From: Chloroflexota bacterium
GTDB lineage: Bacteria > Chloroflexota > UBA11872 > VXOZ01
DNA: 64,000 nt
NCBI GenBank assembly: GCA_963663275.1
Contig: OY760183.1
Span: forward strand, 2,624,001 to 2,688,000
Direction of reading: 5' to 3'
Shown: in pieces, positions 31,354 through 38,596 of the stretch
Position numbering within the stretch: the first letter of the stretch is position 1
How the letters are laid out: each line of letters opens with the position of its first letter
The notes under the pieces: model-generated
The model's input: only the letters and a program-made list of their open reading frames with translations
Told to the model about the DNA's origin: nothing
The model's database searches: none
Translations under genes and position numbers: made by a program

Positions 31354-31734
31354 ATGCGCGTCGATCGTCTCTATAGTCCCAAAGGCCCGCGGCCCGCGGG
31401 CACGTATTCGCAGGCAGTGCGCGCGGGCAATCTGCTCTTCGTTGCCGGTCAAGGCCCGCTGGATCCCCAGACCGGCGAAATCACGGGCGAAACGCTTTCC
31501 GAACAGTGCCAGGTTACGCTGCAGAACATCAAGAACATCGTGGAAGGCCACGGCGGCGACATCCGCAACGTGGTGAAGATAAACGTCTATCTGGCGGATA
31601 TGGACGGTTTCTCCGAGATGGACAAGGTCTACAAGACCTTCTTTGGCGAGTACCCGCCGGCCCGCACCACGGTGGGCGTGCAGATGAACGACATTCTCAT
31701 CGAGGTTGAAGCCACCGCCGTTCTCGACGACTAG
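31354..31734 (+). CDS. RidA/YjgF/UK114 family enamine deaminase
   Basis: GTYSQAV, FVAGQGP, VVKINVYL, PPARTTV and IEVEA motifs; AGGAG RBS. Confidence 0.92.
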   Translation: MRVDRLYSPKGPRPAGTYSQAVRAGNLLFVAGQGPLDPQTGEITGETLSEQCQVTLQNIKNIVEGHGGDIRNVVKINVYLADMDGFSEMDKVYKTFFGEYPPARTTVGVQMNDILIEVEATAVLDD

Positions 31735-31857
31735 ACGGAAAATCGAAGGGCGCGCAGATGAACGACATCCTCATCGAAGTAGCCCGCTTGCCGTTCCGAA
31801 AGTCTTGAAGACAAGCGCAAAGGCGCGGAACCCCGTTCGTGGAACGATAAGCCGATT

Positions 31858-32020
31858 AGCCCGTTCGTGGTGAGCCTGTCCAACCACCGCAAGGCCCGCA
31901 GCCCGTTCGTGGTGAGCCTGTCGAACCACCGCAAGGCACGTAGCCCATTCGTGGAGAGCCCGTCGAACCACCGCAAGGCCCGTAGCCCGTTCGTGGTGAG
32001 CCTGTCGAACCATGAACGGC
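31858..32020. repeat. Tandem array of four REP-like family D units, 42-bp period
   Basis: AGCCCGTTCGTGGTGAGCCTGTCGAACCACCGCAAGGCCCGT units starting at 31858, 31900, 31942 and 31984. Confidence 0.9.
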
Positions 32021-32860
32021 CTACCCAGCCCCGGACCGCTCCAGCCCCGCCATCGTCTCGCGGTAGCGCCGTTCCATCTCAGGGCCTTGAAGCCCCACGT
32101 ACTCCCGTTCCTGGGCGCGGGCCGCCGGGGTTGACGGCGGCGCCGGTATCTCCACGTCCGCCAGCGTGATTCTGTCGAACCCGCGTTGGTAGGCAACGGC
32201 CTCGCCCTTGCTCACAATGAGGTTCTGGCCGACGTTAGCCTGCACGATCGGCACGCCGTTTTCCCGCGCCCGCGCCAACACCGCTTGGTTTTGCGCCTTG
32301 CTGGTATTGCCGTAGGTGGGAATATAGAGGACTTGCGCGCCGTCCAACACAATCGCCCGCGCGATGAGGGGATTCCAGCGGTCGTTGCAGATGAGCACGC
32401 CGGCGCGGCCAAACGGCGTGTCGAACGCGCGCAATTTCGTGCCGATGCGGTTGAAGTGCCACGACGGGTGCGTGCCCTCGGCAAACTGGCTCTTTTGGTA
32501 CGTGCCGCAGATCTCGCCATGGTGATCGATGAAGATCACCGTGTTGTAGATCTCGTCGCCTCTTTTCTCGGCAAAGCCGAAGCAGAGACAGGTTGCCAGC
32601 GACCGCGCCAGTTGGCAAAACCGCGCCACGTACGGCCCATCCAGCGGTTCGGCAATCCGCAGCATCTCAGCGGCTGGGCGCCTCCCCTCGATGACGTCGT
32701 ACACGACGTAGCCTTCGAACGCGCCCTCGATGGTGACGATGACGTCAGGCCCATGCGCGGCCGCCTGGCGGATGAGACGCTCCATCTTGGCGGCGTTGTG
32801 GGCCTTGTCCCACTTCTTGGGACGCAGCGAGATCGCCGCCGCCTTTACCGTCGTAAACAC
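32021..32860 (-). CDS. Carbon-nitrogen hydrolase (nitrilase superfamily)
   Basis: Catalytic E (VTIEG), K (YQKSQ) and C (LICNDR), plus ARARENG. Confidence 0.88.
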   Translation of the reverse strand: MFTTVKAAAISLRPKKWDKAHNAAKMERLIRQAAAHGPDVIVTIEGAFEGYVVYDVIEGRRPAAEMLRIAEPLDGPYVARFCQLARSLATCLCFGFAEKRGDEIYNTVIFIDHHGEICGTYQKSQFAEGTHPSWHFNRIGTKLRAFDTPFGRAGVLICNDRWNPLIARAIVLDGAQVLYIPTYGNTSKAQNQAVLARARENGVPIVQANVGQNLIVSKGEAVAYQRGFDRITLADVEIPAPPSTPAARAQEREYVGLQGPEMERRYRETMAGLERSGAG

Positions 32861-32989
32861 GGCCTACCTGCTCTTCCGTTCTACAGGACACGCAAGGCGG
32901 CTACGCCGCAACTGCCGGCCGGCGCGAACCGTTAGCCTTAGTTTTGGATAGGGCTTGCGGGCACGGCATTCGCGGCCACGGCGCAGAAC

Positions 32990-34471
32990 CTACGCCTCTT
33001 CTTCGATTGACGCCGCCAACACCCCGGCCGCCGCTTGCAGCCGTGTCAGCGTGCGTTCCCGGCCCAGCGCCGCCATCGTCTCGAACAGCGGCGGCGTGGC
33101 GGTCTTGCCGGAGATCGCCACCCGCAGCGGCATGAAGAGTTGCCCCGCCTTCCAGCCCAGTTCGGCCGCCAAACCGCGCAGGCAGGCCTCGATAGACTCA
33201 ATGTCCCAGGCCGCCAGCCCCGCCAAGCGCTCGTGCCCTTGCCGCAGCGCGCCGAGCGACTCCGCCGGCGTCCGCTTCTTGGCCACGAGGAGTTTCGGCG
33301 CGGGGGTCACCTTCACCGCAAAGAAGAAGTCGAACACGTCCGGCGCTTCGGTAAGGGTCTTCAGGCGCTCCTGCTCCAGGGCAACCGCCTCGCGCAGATA
33401 CGACCGGTCCAGTTCATCCGCATTAACCATCCCCGCATCCGCCAGGAACGGCGCAACGCGCTCCGTCAGGTCGTCAACCGTCAGGCTGCGGATGTACACG
33501 CCGTTGAGCCAGGCGAGCTTTTGCAGTTCGAAGACCGCGTTCGCCTTGTTCACGCGCTCCAGGCTGAAGGCCGTCACCAGTTCCGCCAGGCTGAACACTT
33601 CCTGGGTGTCGCCGGGGTTCCAGCCGAGCAGCGCCAGAAAGTTGACGACCGCCTCCGGCAGGTAGCCCTGGGCGGCATACTCGCCCACGAAAACCGCCCC
33701 GGAACGCTTGCCCAGTTTCGAGCGGTCGGGATTGGTCAGCAACGGCAAGTGCGCGTAGGCCGGCAGGTCGAACCCAAGCGCCCGGGCGATCGGAATCTGC
33801 CGGTGCGTATTGTAGAGATGGTCGGCGCCGCGAATGACGTGGGAAATCGCCATGTGGCTGTCGTCGATGACCGAGGCAAAGTTGTACGTGGGCATACCGT
33901 CGGCGCGCACGATCACCAGGTCGTCGAGTTCGGTCGCATCCACCCGCAAGTCGCCGCGCACCAGATCCGTGAAGTCCACGCTGCCTTCACGCGGCGAGAG
34001 GAAGCGAATCACGGAAGGGTCGCCGGCCCGGGCGCGCGCCGCCCGTTCCGCGGCCGAAAGATGCAGGCACGTCTGCGGATACCGGAACGGCCGCCGTTGC
34101 CGCTGGGACTCCTTGCGCAGCGCGTCAAGCTCGGCCGGCGTGCACCAGCACCGGTAGGCGTGACCGTTTGCCAGGAGTTCCTCCACGTGCTGCCGGTAGA
34201 GGTCAAGCCGCTCGCTCTGCCGGTACGGCCCGCGCGCGCCGCCCGCGGCATAGCCTTCGTCCCAGTCCAGCCCCAGCCACCGGAAGCTATAGAGCACACC
34301 CTCGATGTCCGCGTCGGAGGAGCGTTTGGCGTCGGTATCGTCGATGCGGAGTATAAAGACGCCGCCCGTCTGGCGGGCAAAGAGATAGTTGTACAACGCG
34401 GTGCGGGCGTTGCCGACATGGAGGCTGCCGGTCGGACTGGGCGCTATGCGCACGCGAATCGAATTGCCCAT
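32990..34471 (-). CDS. gltX: Glutamate--tRNA ligase
   Basis: RIAPSPTG.LHVGN, LRIDDTD, YRQSER, HVIRGADH and KLGKR motifs plus anticodon-binding domain. Confidence 0.96.
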   Translation of the reverse strand: MGNSIRVRIAPSPTGSLHVGNARTALYNYLFARQTGGVFILRIDDTDAKRSSDADIEGVLYSFRWLGLDWDEGYAAGGARGPYRQSERLDLYRQHVEELLANGHAYRCWCTPAELDALRKESQRQRRPFRYPQTCLHLSAAERAARARAGDPSVIRFLSPREGSVDFTDLVRGDLRVDATELDDLVIVRADGMPTYNFASVIDDSHMAISHVIRGADHLYNTHRQIPIARALGFDLPAYAHLPLLTNPDRSKLGKRSGAVFVGEYAAQGYLPEAVVNFLALLGWNPGDTQEVFSLAELVTAFSLERVNKANAVFELQKLAWLNGVYIRSLTVDDLTERVAPFLADAGMVNADELDRSYLREAVALEQERLKTLTEAPDVFDFFFAVKVTPAPKLLVAKKRTPAESLGALRQGHERLAGLAAWDIESIEACLRGLAAELGWKAGQLFMPLRVAISGKTATPPLFETMAALGRERTLTRLQAAAGVLAASIEEEA

Positions 34472-34648
34472 GCTCTTCCTCTACTCACTCCCGCTGTTCC
34501 TTAGGCGCTCGTAAGCGCACTCTCTCACGCTGTGTCCCGTTCTCGTTCGCGCTATTGCCCTGCGAACTCTCGCACTTGCCCCGCTTGACTCTCGCTCTTC
34601 CTCTACCCATGGCCGCGTTCCCGCTCACCGCGAACCGCGCCGAAAACT

Positions 34649-34682
34649 CCCTCTCCCTGGGGAGAGGGCCGGGGTGAGGGGG
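34649..34682. repeat. REP-like family E copy
   Basis: CCCTCTCCCTGGGGAGAGGGCCGGGGTGAGGGGG. Confidence 0.75.
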
Positions 34683-34732
34683 CAACGCATTCGCGCGAAC
34701 ACAAAGCCCAACAGAGCCCGCCGCACACCTCC

Positions 34733-34830
34733 GGTAGCGTAGGTTTGTAACCTGCGGTAGCGTAGGTTTGTAACCTGCGGTAGCGTAGGTTTGTAACCTG
34801 CGCTCCGGTGGCATATATCTGCAACCTGCG
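34733..34830. repeat. GTAG-type REP family B, three exact 23-bp tandem units plus one degenerate
   Basis: GGTAGCGTAGGTTTGTAACCTGC x3; related array at 59759-59922. Confidence 0.88.
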
Positions 34831-34874
34831 CCGCAGCAGCATCAACCCTACGAGATTCCTCGTCCCGCGCCCCG

Positions 34875-34898
34875 GCGGGGGACAAGCCCCCGCGCTAC
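34875..34898. repeat. REP family A copy
   Basis: GCGGGGGACAAGCCCCCGCGCTAC. Confidence 0.85.
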
Positions 34899-35006
34899 GT
34901 TGATGTAACAGTCCCCACGCTACGTGAACTTGACTGCGTTCGCGCTCCGTTGACGCGGCGGCGTAATTGCCAACCGCCGCCCGGCAAGCTCTATTGGCAA
35001 ATCTCT

Positions 35007-35097
35007 TGGCGGAGAGGGTGGGATTCGAACCCACGAGGCGCTTGTGGCGCCTACTCGCTCTCCAGGCGAGCGCCTTCGACCACTTGGCTACCTCTCC
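35007..35097 (-). tRNA. tRNA-Ser(GGA), CCA encoded
   Basis: GGAGAGG/CTCTCC acceptor stem, anticodon loop CTGGAGA, long variable arm, GGGTTCGAATCCC. Confidence 0.97.
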
Positions 35098-35101
35098 ATT
35101 A

Positions 35102-35211
35102 TGTCTACGGACAACGCGCCGCCCGCGTCTTCCACCGGCGTAGATCCGCCGGCCCGTCACCCGGAACCCTCTCCGTCGCGGCGCAAAGGGGCCGCGCGCG
35201 CTGCCCATACA
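35102..35211 (-). ncRNA. Candidate structured RNA between promoter and tRNA-Ser
   Basis: 14-bp closing stem with four G-U pairs on the minus strand enclosing at least two hairpins; family not recognised. Confidence 0.4.
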
Positions 35212-35217
35212 GCCTTG

Positions 35218-35247
35218 AGTCTAGCAGTGCGGCGGCGGCAGCGTCAA
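35218..35247 (-). promoter_or_regulatory. Promoter of the structured RNA / tRNA-Ser
   Basis: TTGACG-N18-TAGACT. Confidence 0.6.
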
Positions 35248-35318
35248 AGTCCGCCGGCAGCACAGCCCGCGCCGGCGCGTCATCCCACCGCCGCGCCAGC
35301 GAGGAAGTCTCCAATCGG

Positions 35319-35348
35319 TTGACAGGATGCTCCGCGCGAAACTACCAT
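35319..35348 (+). promoter_or_regulatory. Putative promoter of the glmL-like pair
   Basis: TTGACA-N18-TACCAT. Confidence 0.55.
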
Positions 35349-35417
35349 GACCGGTAGCAATGACGACTAGCAGCCGCCCACACGCGCCGCCACCTTTTCA
35401 CCCACACAACCGGTCAC

Positions 35418-37226
35418 ATGCCAGAGACCACCGCTCCCGAGACTCCCTCCGGTACGCCGGACCAGACCGGTTCGCCGGACCAATCCGACTCGTCGAACCA
35501 TACCGGTTCGCACCCTACCCTCGTGGCGGATGTCGGCGCATTCAACACCCGCGTCTCGCTCCTGGAGCGCGTGGAAGGCGCGTACCGGCTGGCCGGCGTG
35601 GCGCGGGTGCCCAGCACCGTCGAACCGCCCATCTCCGACGCCATGCTCGGCATGTCGCGCGCCCTGGCGCAACTGGAGCGCGCCACGGGCTGGACCCCGG
35701 GCCTGGGAGAAGTCAGCAAACTGGCGGTAACCAGCGTCAGCCTGACGGTGGTCACGAGCGTGCTCAGCCTGGGCGACAACCGCGCCCTGAATCGGATGCT
35801 GGAGACGCTGCAATCGTTTCCCATCACGCCTGTAGACATCTTCGATCTCAATAACCGGCCGCCCGACGCCTATCAATTCGTCTACCAGCGGCTCATAGAT
35901 TCCCCGCTGGACGCGCTCATCATCCTGGGCAATGAAGCGGACAAGGACTGGGAGATCGAAGTCGCGCGGCTGGGCGAAATCGTGCTGCGCGTCGTGGCCG
36001 CGCACCGCAGCGCCTGGCAGCTTACGCTCGTCTTCGTCGGCTCCGGAACCCACGCGCAGTACCTGCGGACGTTTCTCGGCGAGCGCGTCGCTCTGCATCA
36101 CATGGAGCTGCCGCCGGACCAGTCCGCCAAGCTCGACCTGCCGGCGCTGGAGGCGCTCGTGCAATCGCTGGCGCGGGAAAAGCGCCGCCTCCGGCTGCCC
36201 AACTACACCGGCCTCAGCGAGTGGGCGGGCGCCGACCCCGTCGATTACCAGGAGGCCCTGGCCAGAGTGACGCGGCAACTGGCCCAGCGGTACAGCATCC
36301 ACGTCCTCTCCCTGGACCTCGGCGCCAGCCACGTGGCGGCGCTTTCGTGCCTGCCGAACGGCGACGTGCGCCAGGCCTCGCTGGACGGCTTCGGCACGAT
36401 GCGCAGCCCGCAGAACGTCCTGCTGGAAGCCGGGCGCGAAGCGATCGAACGCTGGCTGCCGTACGACCTGGACGAGAGCCGGCTGGACGCCTTTCTCCTG
36501 CACCGCCTGGCCCATCCCGCCGCGCTGCCCACCACGATCGAGAGCCTGGTCCTGGAACACGCCTTTGCCCGCGAAGCCCTGCGCAACGTGGTGGAACTGA
36601 TCGACGACTACACCCTGGACGGCAAGCGCCTGGCGCCCTGCGCGTCGGCGGACGTCATCATCGGCTGCGGCGCGACGCTGGGCAGCGCGCCCCGCTTGAT
36701 TCAAGCCGTGTTGATGATGCTGGACGCGGTCCAGCCGGTGGGCTTCACGCAATTCGCCCTGGACCGCGCCGGCGCGCTGCCGGTGCTCCTGCTGGATAGA
36801 GCGATCGAGGAAGGCGACCCCTTGCTGGAGCAGGACATCCTGCTGAGCTTGGGCGTCGGCATCTCGCCTACCGGCTCGATGGAGGAGAACCGCCCCGCCC
36901 TGCGCGTGCGCGCGGGCATGCCGTCGCGTTCGCCTGAAGAAATCCAGGTCAACTACGGCGCCATGGAAGTGCTGCCGTGGGAAGGCGGCAGCGGCTCCAC
37001 GCTGGAGGCGTGGCCCGCCACCCGGCTCGATCTCGGCGTGGGCCGCGGCCGGGGCGCTGAGCCCCGCGCCAATCTCTACGGCGGCGCTCTGGGGCTTATT
37101 GTCGACGGCCGCGGCCGCCCCTTGGACCTGGCCGCGAACAAGGACAAGCGCCAGGCCAAGGTGTTGGAGTGGATGCAGTCCACGGGCGCGTACCCCACCA
37201 TTTCCTTCTCCGGGAGAACGACCTAG
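35418..37226 (+). CDS. Glutamate mutase L (GlmL/MutL, ASKHA actin-like fold) family protein
   Basis: LVADVGAFNT...YRLAG..RVPSTVEPP.SDAMLG...LE, second LSLDLGA motif, MLDAVQPVG and GGALGLIVDGRGRPL, as I recall them in this family. Confidence 0.78.
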   Translation: MPETTAPETPSGTPDQTGSPDQSDSSNHTGSHPTLVADVGAFNTRVSLLERVEGAYRLAGVARVPSTVEPPISDAMLGMSRALAQLERATGWTPGLGEVSKLAVTSVSLTVVTSVLSLGDNRALNRMLETLQSFPITPVDIFDLNNRPPDAYQFVYQRLIDSPLDALIILGNEADKDWEIEVARLGEIVLRVVAAHRSAWQLTLVFVGSGTHAQYLRTFLGERVALHHMELPPDQSAKLDLPALEALVQSLAREKRRLRLPNYTGLSEWAGADPVDYQEALARVTRQLAQRYSIHVLSLDLGASHVAALSCLPNGDVRQASLDGFGTMRSPQNVLLEAGREAIERWLPYDLDESRLDAFLLHRLAHPAALPTTIESLVLEHAFAREALRNVVELIDDYTLDGKRLAPCASADVIIGCGATLGSAPRLIQAVLMMLDAVQPVGFTQFALDRAGALPVLLLDRAIEEGDPLLEQDILLSLGVGISPTGSMEENRPALRVRAGMPSRSPEEIQVNYGAMEVLPWEGGSGSTLEAWPATRLDLGVGRGRGAEPRANLYGGALGLIVDGRGRPLDLAANKDKRQAKVLEWMQSTGAYPTISFSGRTT

Positions 37227-37228
37227 CC

Positions 37229-38323
37229 ATGGCCACCATGCTCGCGCTGCGGGGCACCGCCAACCCGCCGACCCCCACGCCGCAGGTGGGCCGCTATCTG
37301 CTGCGGCTGCGCCGCGTGTTGCCCGCGGACGGCGAAATCCTGGTGGGACCGGGCGATAAGGTGGAACCGCACACGCTGGTGGGCACGTGCTCCCTCACGC
37401 CGCAGCGGGTGGTGCTGGACCTGGCGAGCCTGCTGGGCGTGCGGCCCGAACGCATCGAAGAGACCCTCGCGGTCGCCGCCGGCGAGCGCTGCGCCGAGGG
37501 CGGCCTGCTGGCGGTCCATCGCCGCTTCTTCGGCCTGCGCACGCGCACGGTAACGGCGCCGCACGATGGGCGCATTGCCGCATTGTCCTCGCGCAGCGGC
37601 CTGGCGTGGTTCGAGGGCGCGAGCCACACGGTCTCGCTGCCGGCCGGGCTCTATGGCAGCGTGATCGACGTTACGCCGGGTAGGGAAGTGGTGATCGAAG
37701 CCGAGGCCGTGGTGGTGCGCGGCGTGTACGCCGTTGGCGGCGAGGCGTCCGGCAACCTGACCACCGCGCTCTCCCAAGCCGAAACCGGCGCGGCCGCTGA
37801 GCGCCAGATCCTCGTCTCCCGCGAAACGGCAACCACCGAAACGCTGCGCCGCGCCCACCAGTTGGAAGCCGCCGCCGTGGTCGCCCCCTCCGCCGCGCGC
37901 CCGGACCTGGCGGCCCTGGGCATGGACCCGCTGGCGCGCCCCAGTTCGCACACCTGGGAAGGCCCGCCGCTGCTGCTCACCGAAGGCTTTCGCGGCCAGG
38001 CGATGACGGAGACGCTCTGGGAACTCCTCACCGCGCAACCAATCTCCTGGGCCACCGTGGTCGCGCGGCCCGACCAGCACCTCTTCCTGCTGATTCTGCC
38101 CATTCGCTCGCTGGCGCCCAAGGACGCCTGGACGCGCTTCGGCCCCGGGTCGTTGCTCAAGCAAGCGGGCGCTTCCGCGGCCGCGGGCGAGGGGCGTCTG
38201 GAAGCCTTCCTGCCCTTCCCCCTTGCCGTGCCCTCCGGCCTGCGCCTCTCCGCCGCCGTGGTGGTGGACGAGCAAGACCGCAGCAGCCGCGCGCCGATCA
38301 CCGAGCTTGAGTGGCTGATGTAG
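37229..38323 (+). CDS. Conserved hypothetical protein with barrel-sandwich hybrid motifs, partner of the GlmL-like gene
   Basis: RRVLPADGEILVGPGDKVEP, VTAPHDGRI, GLYGSVIDV and LLTEGF...M; starts 2 bp after the glmL-like stop. Confidence 0.72.
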   Translation: MATMLALRGTANPPTPTPQVGRYLLRLRRVLPADGEILVGPGDKVEPHTLVGTCSLTPQRVVLDLASLLGVRPERIEETLAVAAGERCAEGGLLAVHRRFFGLRTRTVTAPHDGRIAALSSRSGLAWFEGASHTVSLPAGLYGSVIDVTPGREVVIEAEAVVVRGVYAVGGEASGNLTTALSQAETGAAAERQILVSRETATTETLRRAHQLEAAAVVAPSAARPDLAALGMDPLARPSSHTWEGPPLLLTEGFRGQAMTETLWELLTAQPISWATVVARPDQHLFLLILPIRSLAPKDAWTRFGPGSLLKQAGASAAAGEGRLEAFLPFPLAVPSGLRLSAAVVVDEQDRSSRAPITELEWLM

Positions 38324-38596
38324 CCGGCCCGGCTCCCGTTGACCGCTCCTCCCATGTTTCCAACCCGCTGCCAGGCCTCGAGAAGTCGCCGGCATCCCCC
38401 AGCTTGAGCCGCTTGCATGCTGCCGACGCGGCCTGCGCTTGCCCGCTGCACTGGGATTCCCGCCTTAATCGGCGCTCCTGGCGTGCCGTCTCGCGGCAGA
38501 GTCTGTCATCTCAATGTGTGACATTTTCAATTGTGTTATGTTAAGCGGGGCGCTAACAGGAGAGTCGAGCGATGTTAGCAAGGAAACGAGTCCGCA

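Noticed and set aside
31858-32020. CRISPR array or repeat-encoded peptides (FDRLTTNG)
   Set aside because: Tandem REP-like units with no variable spacers; the ORFs are by-products of the 42-bp period.
35102-35211. SRP RNA or a second tRNA upstream of tRNA-Ser
   Set aside because: No GGAAGGAAGCAG helix-8 motif and no TTCGA T loop; kept only as an unknown structured RNA.
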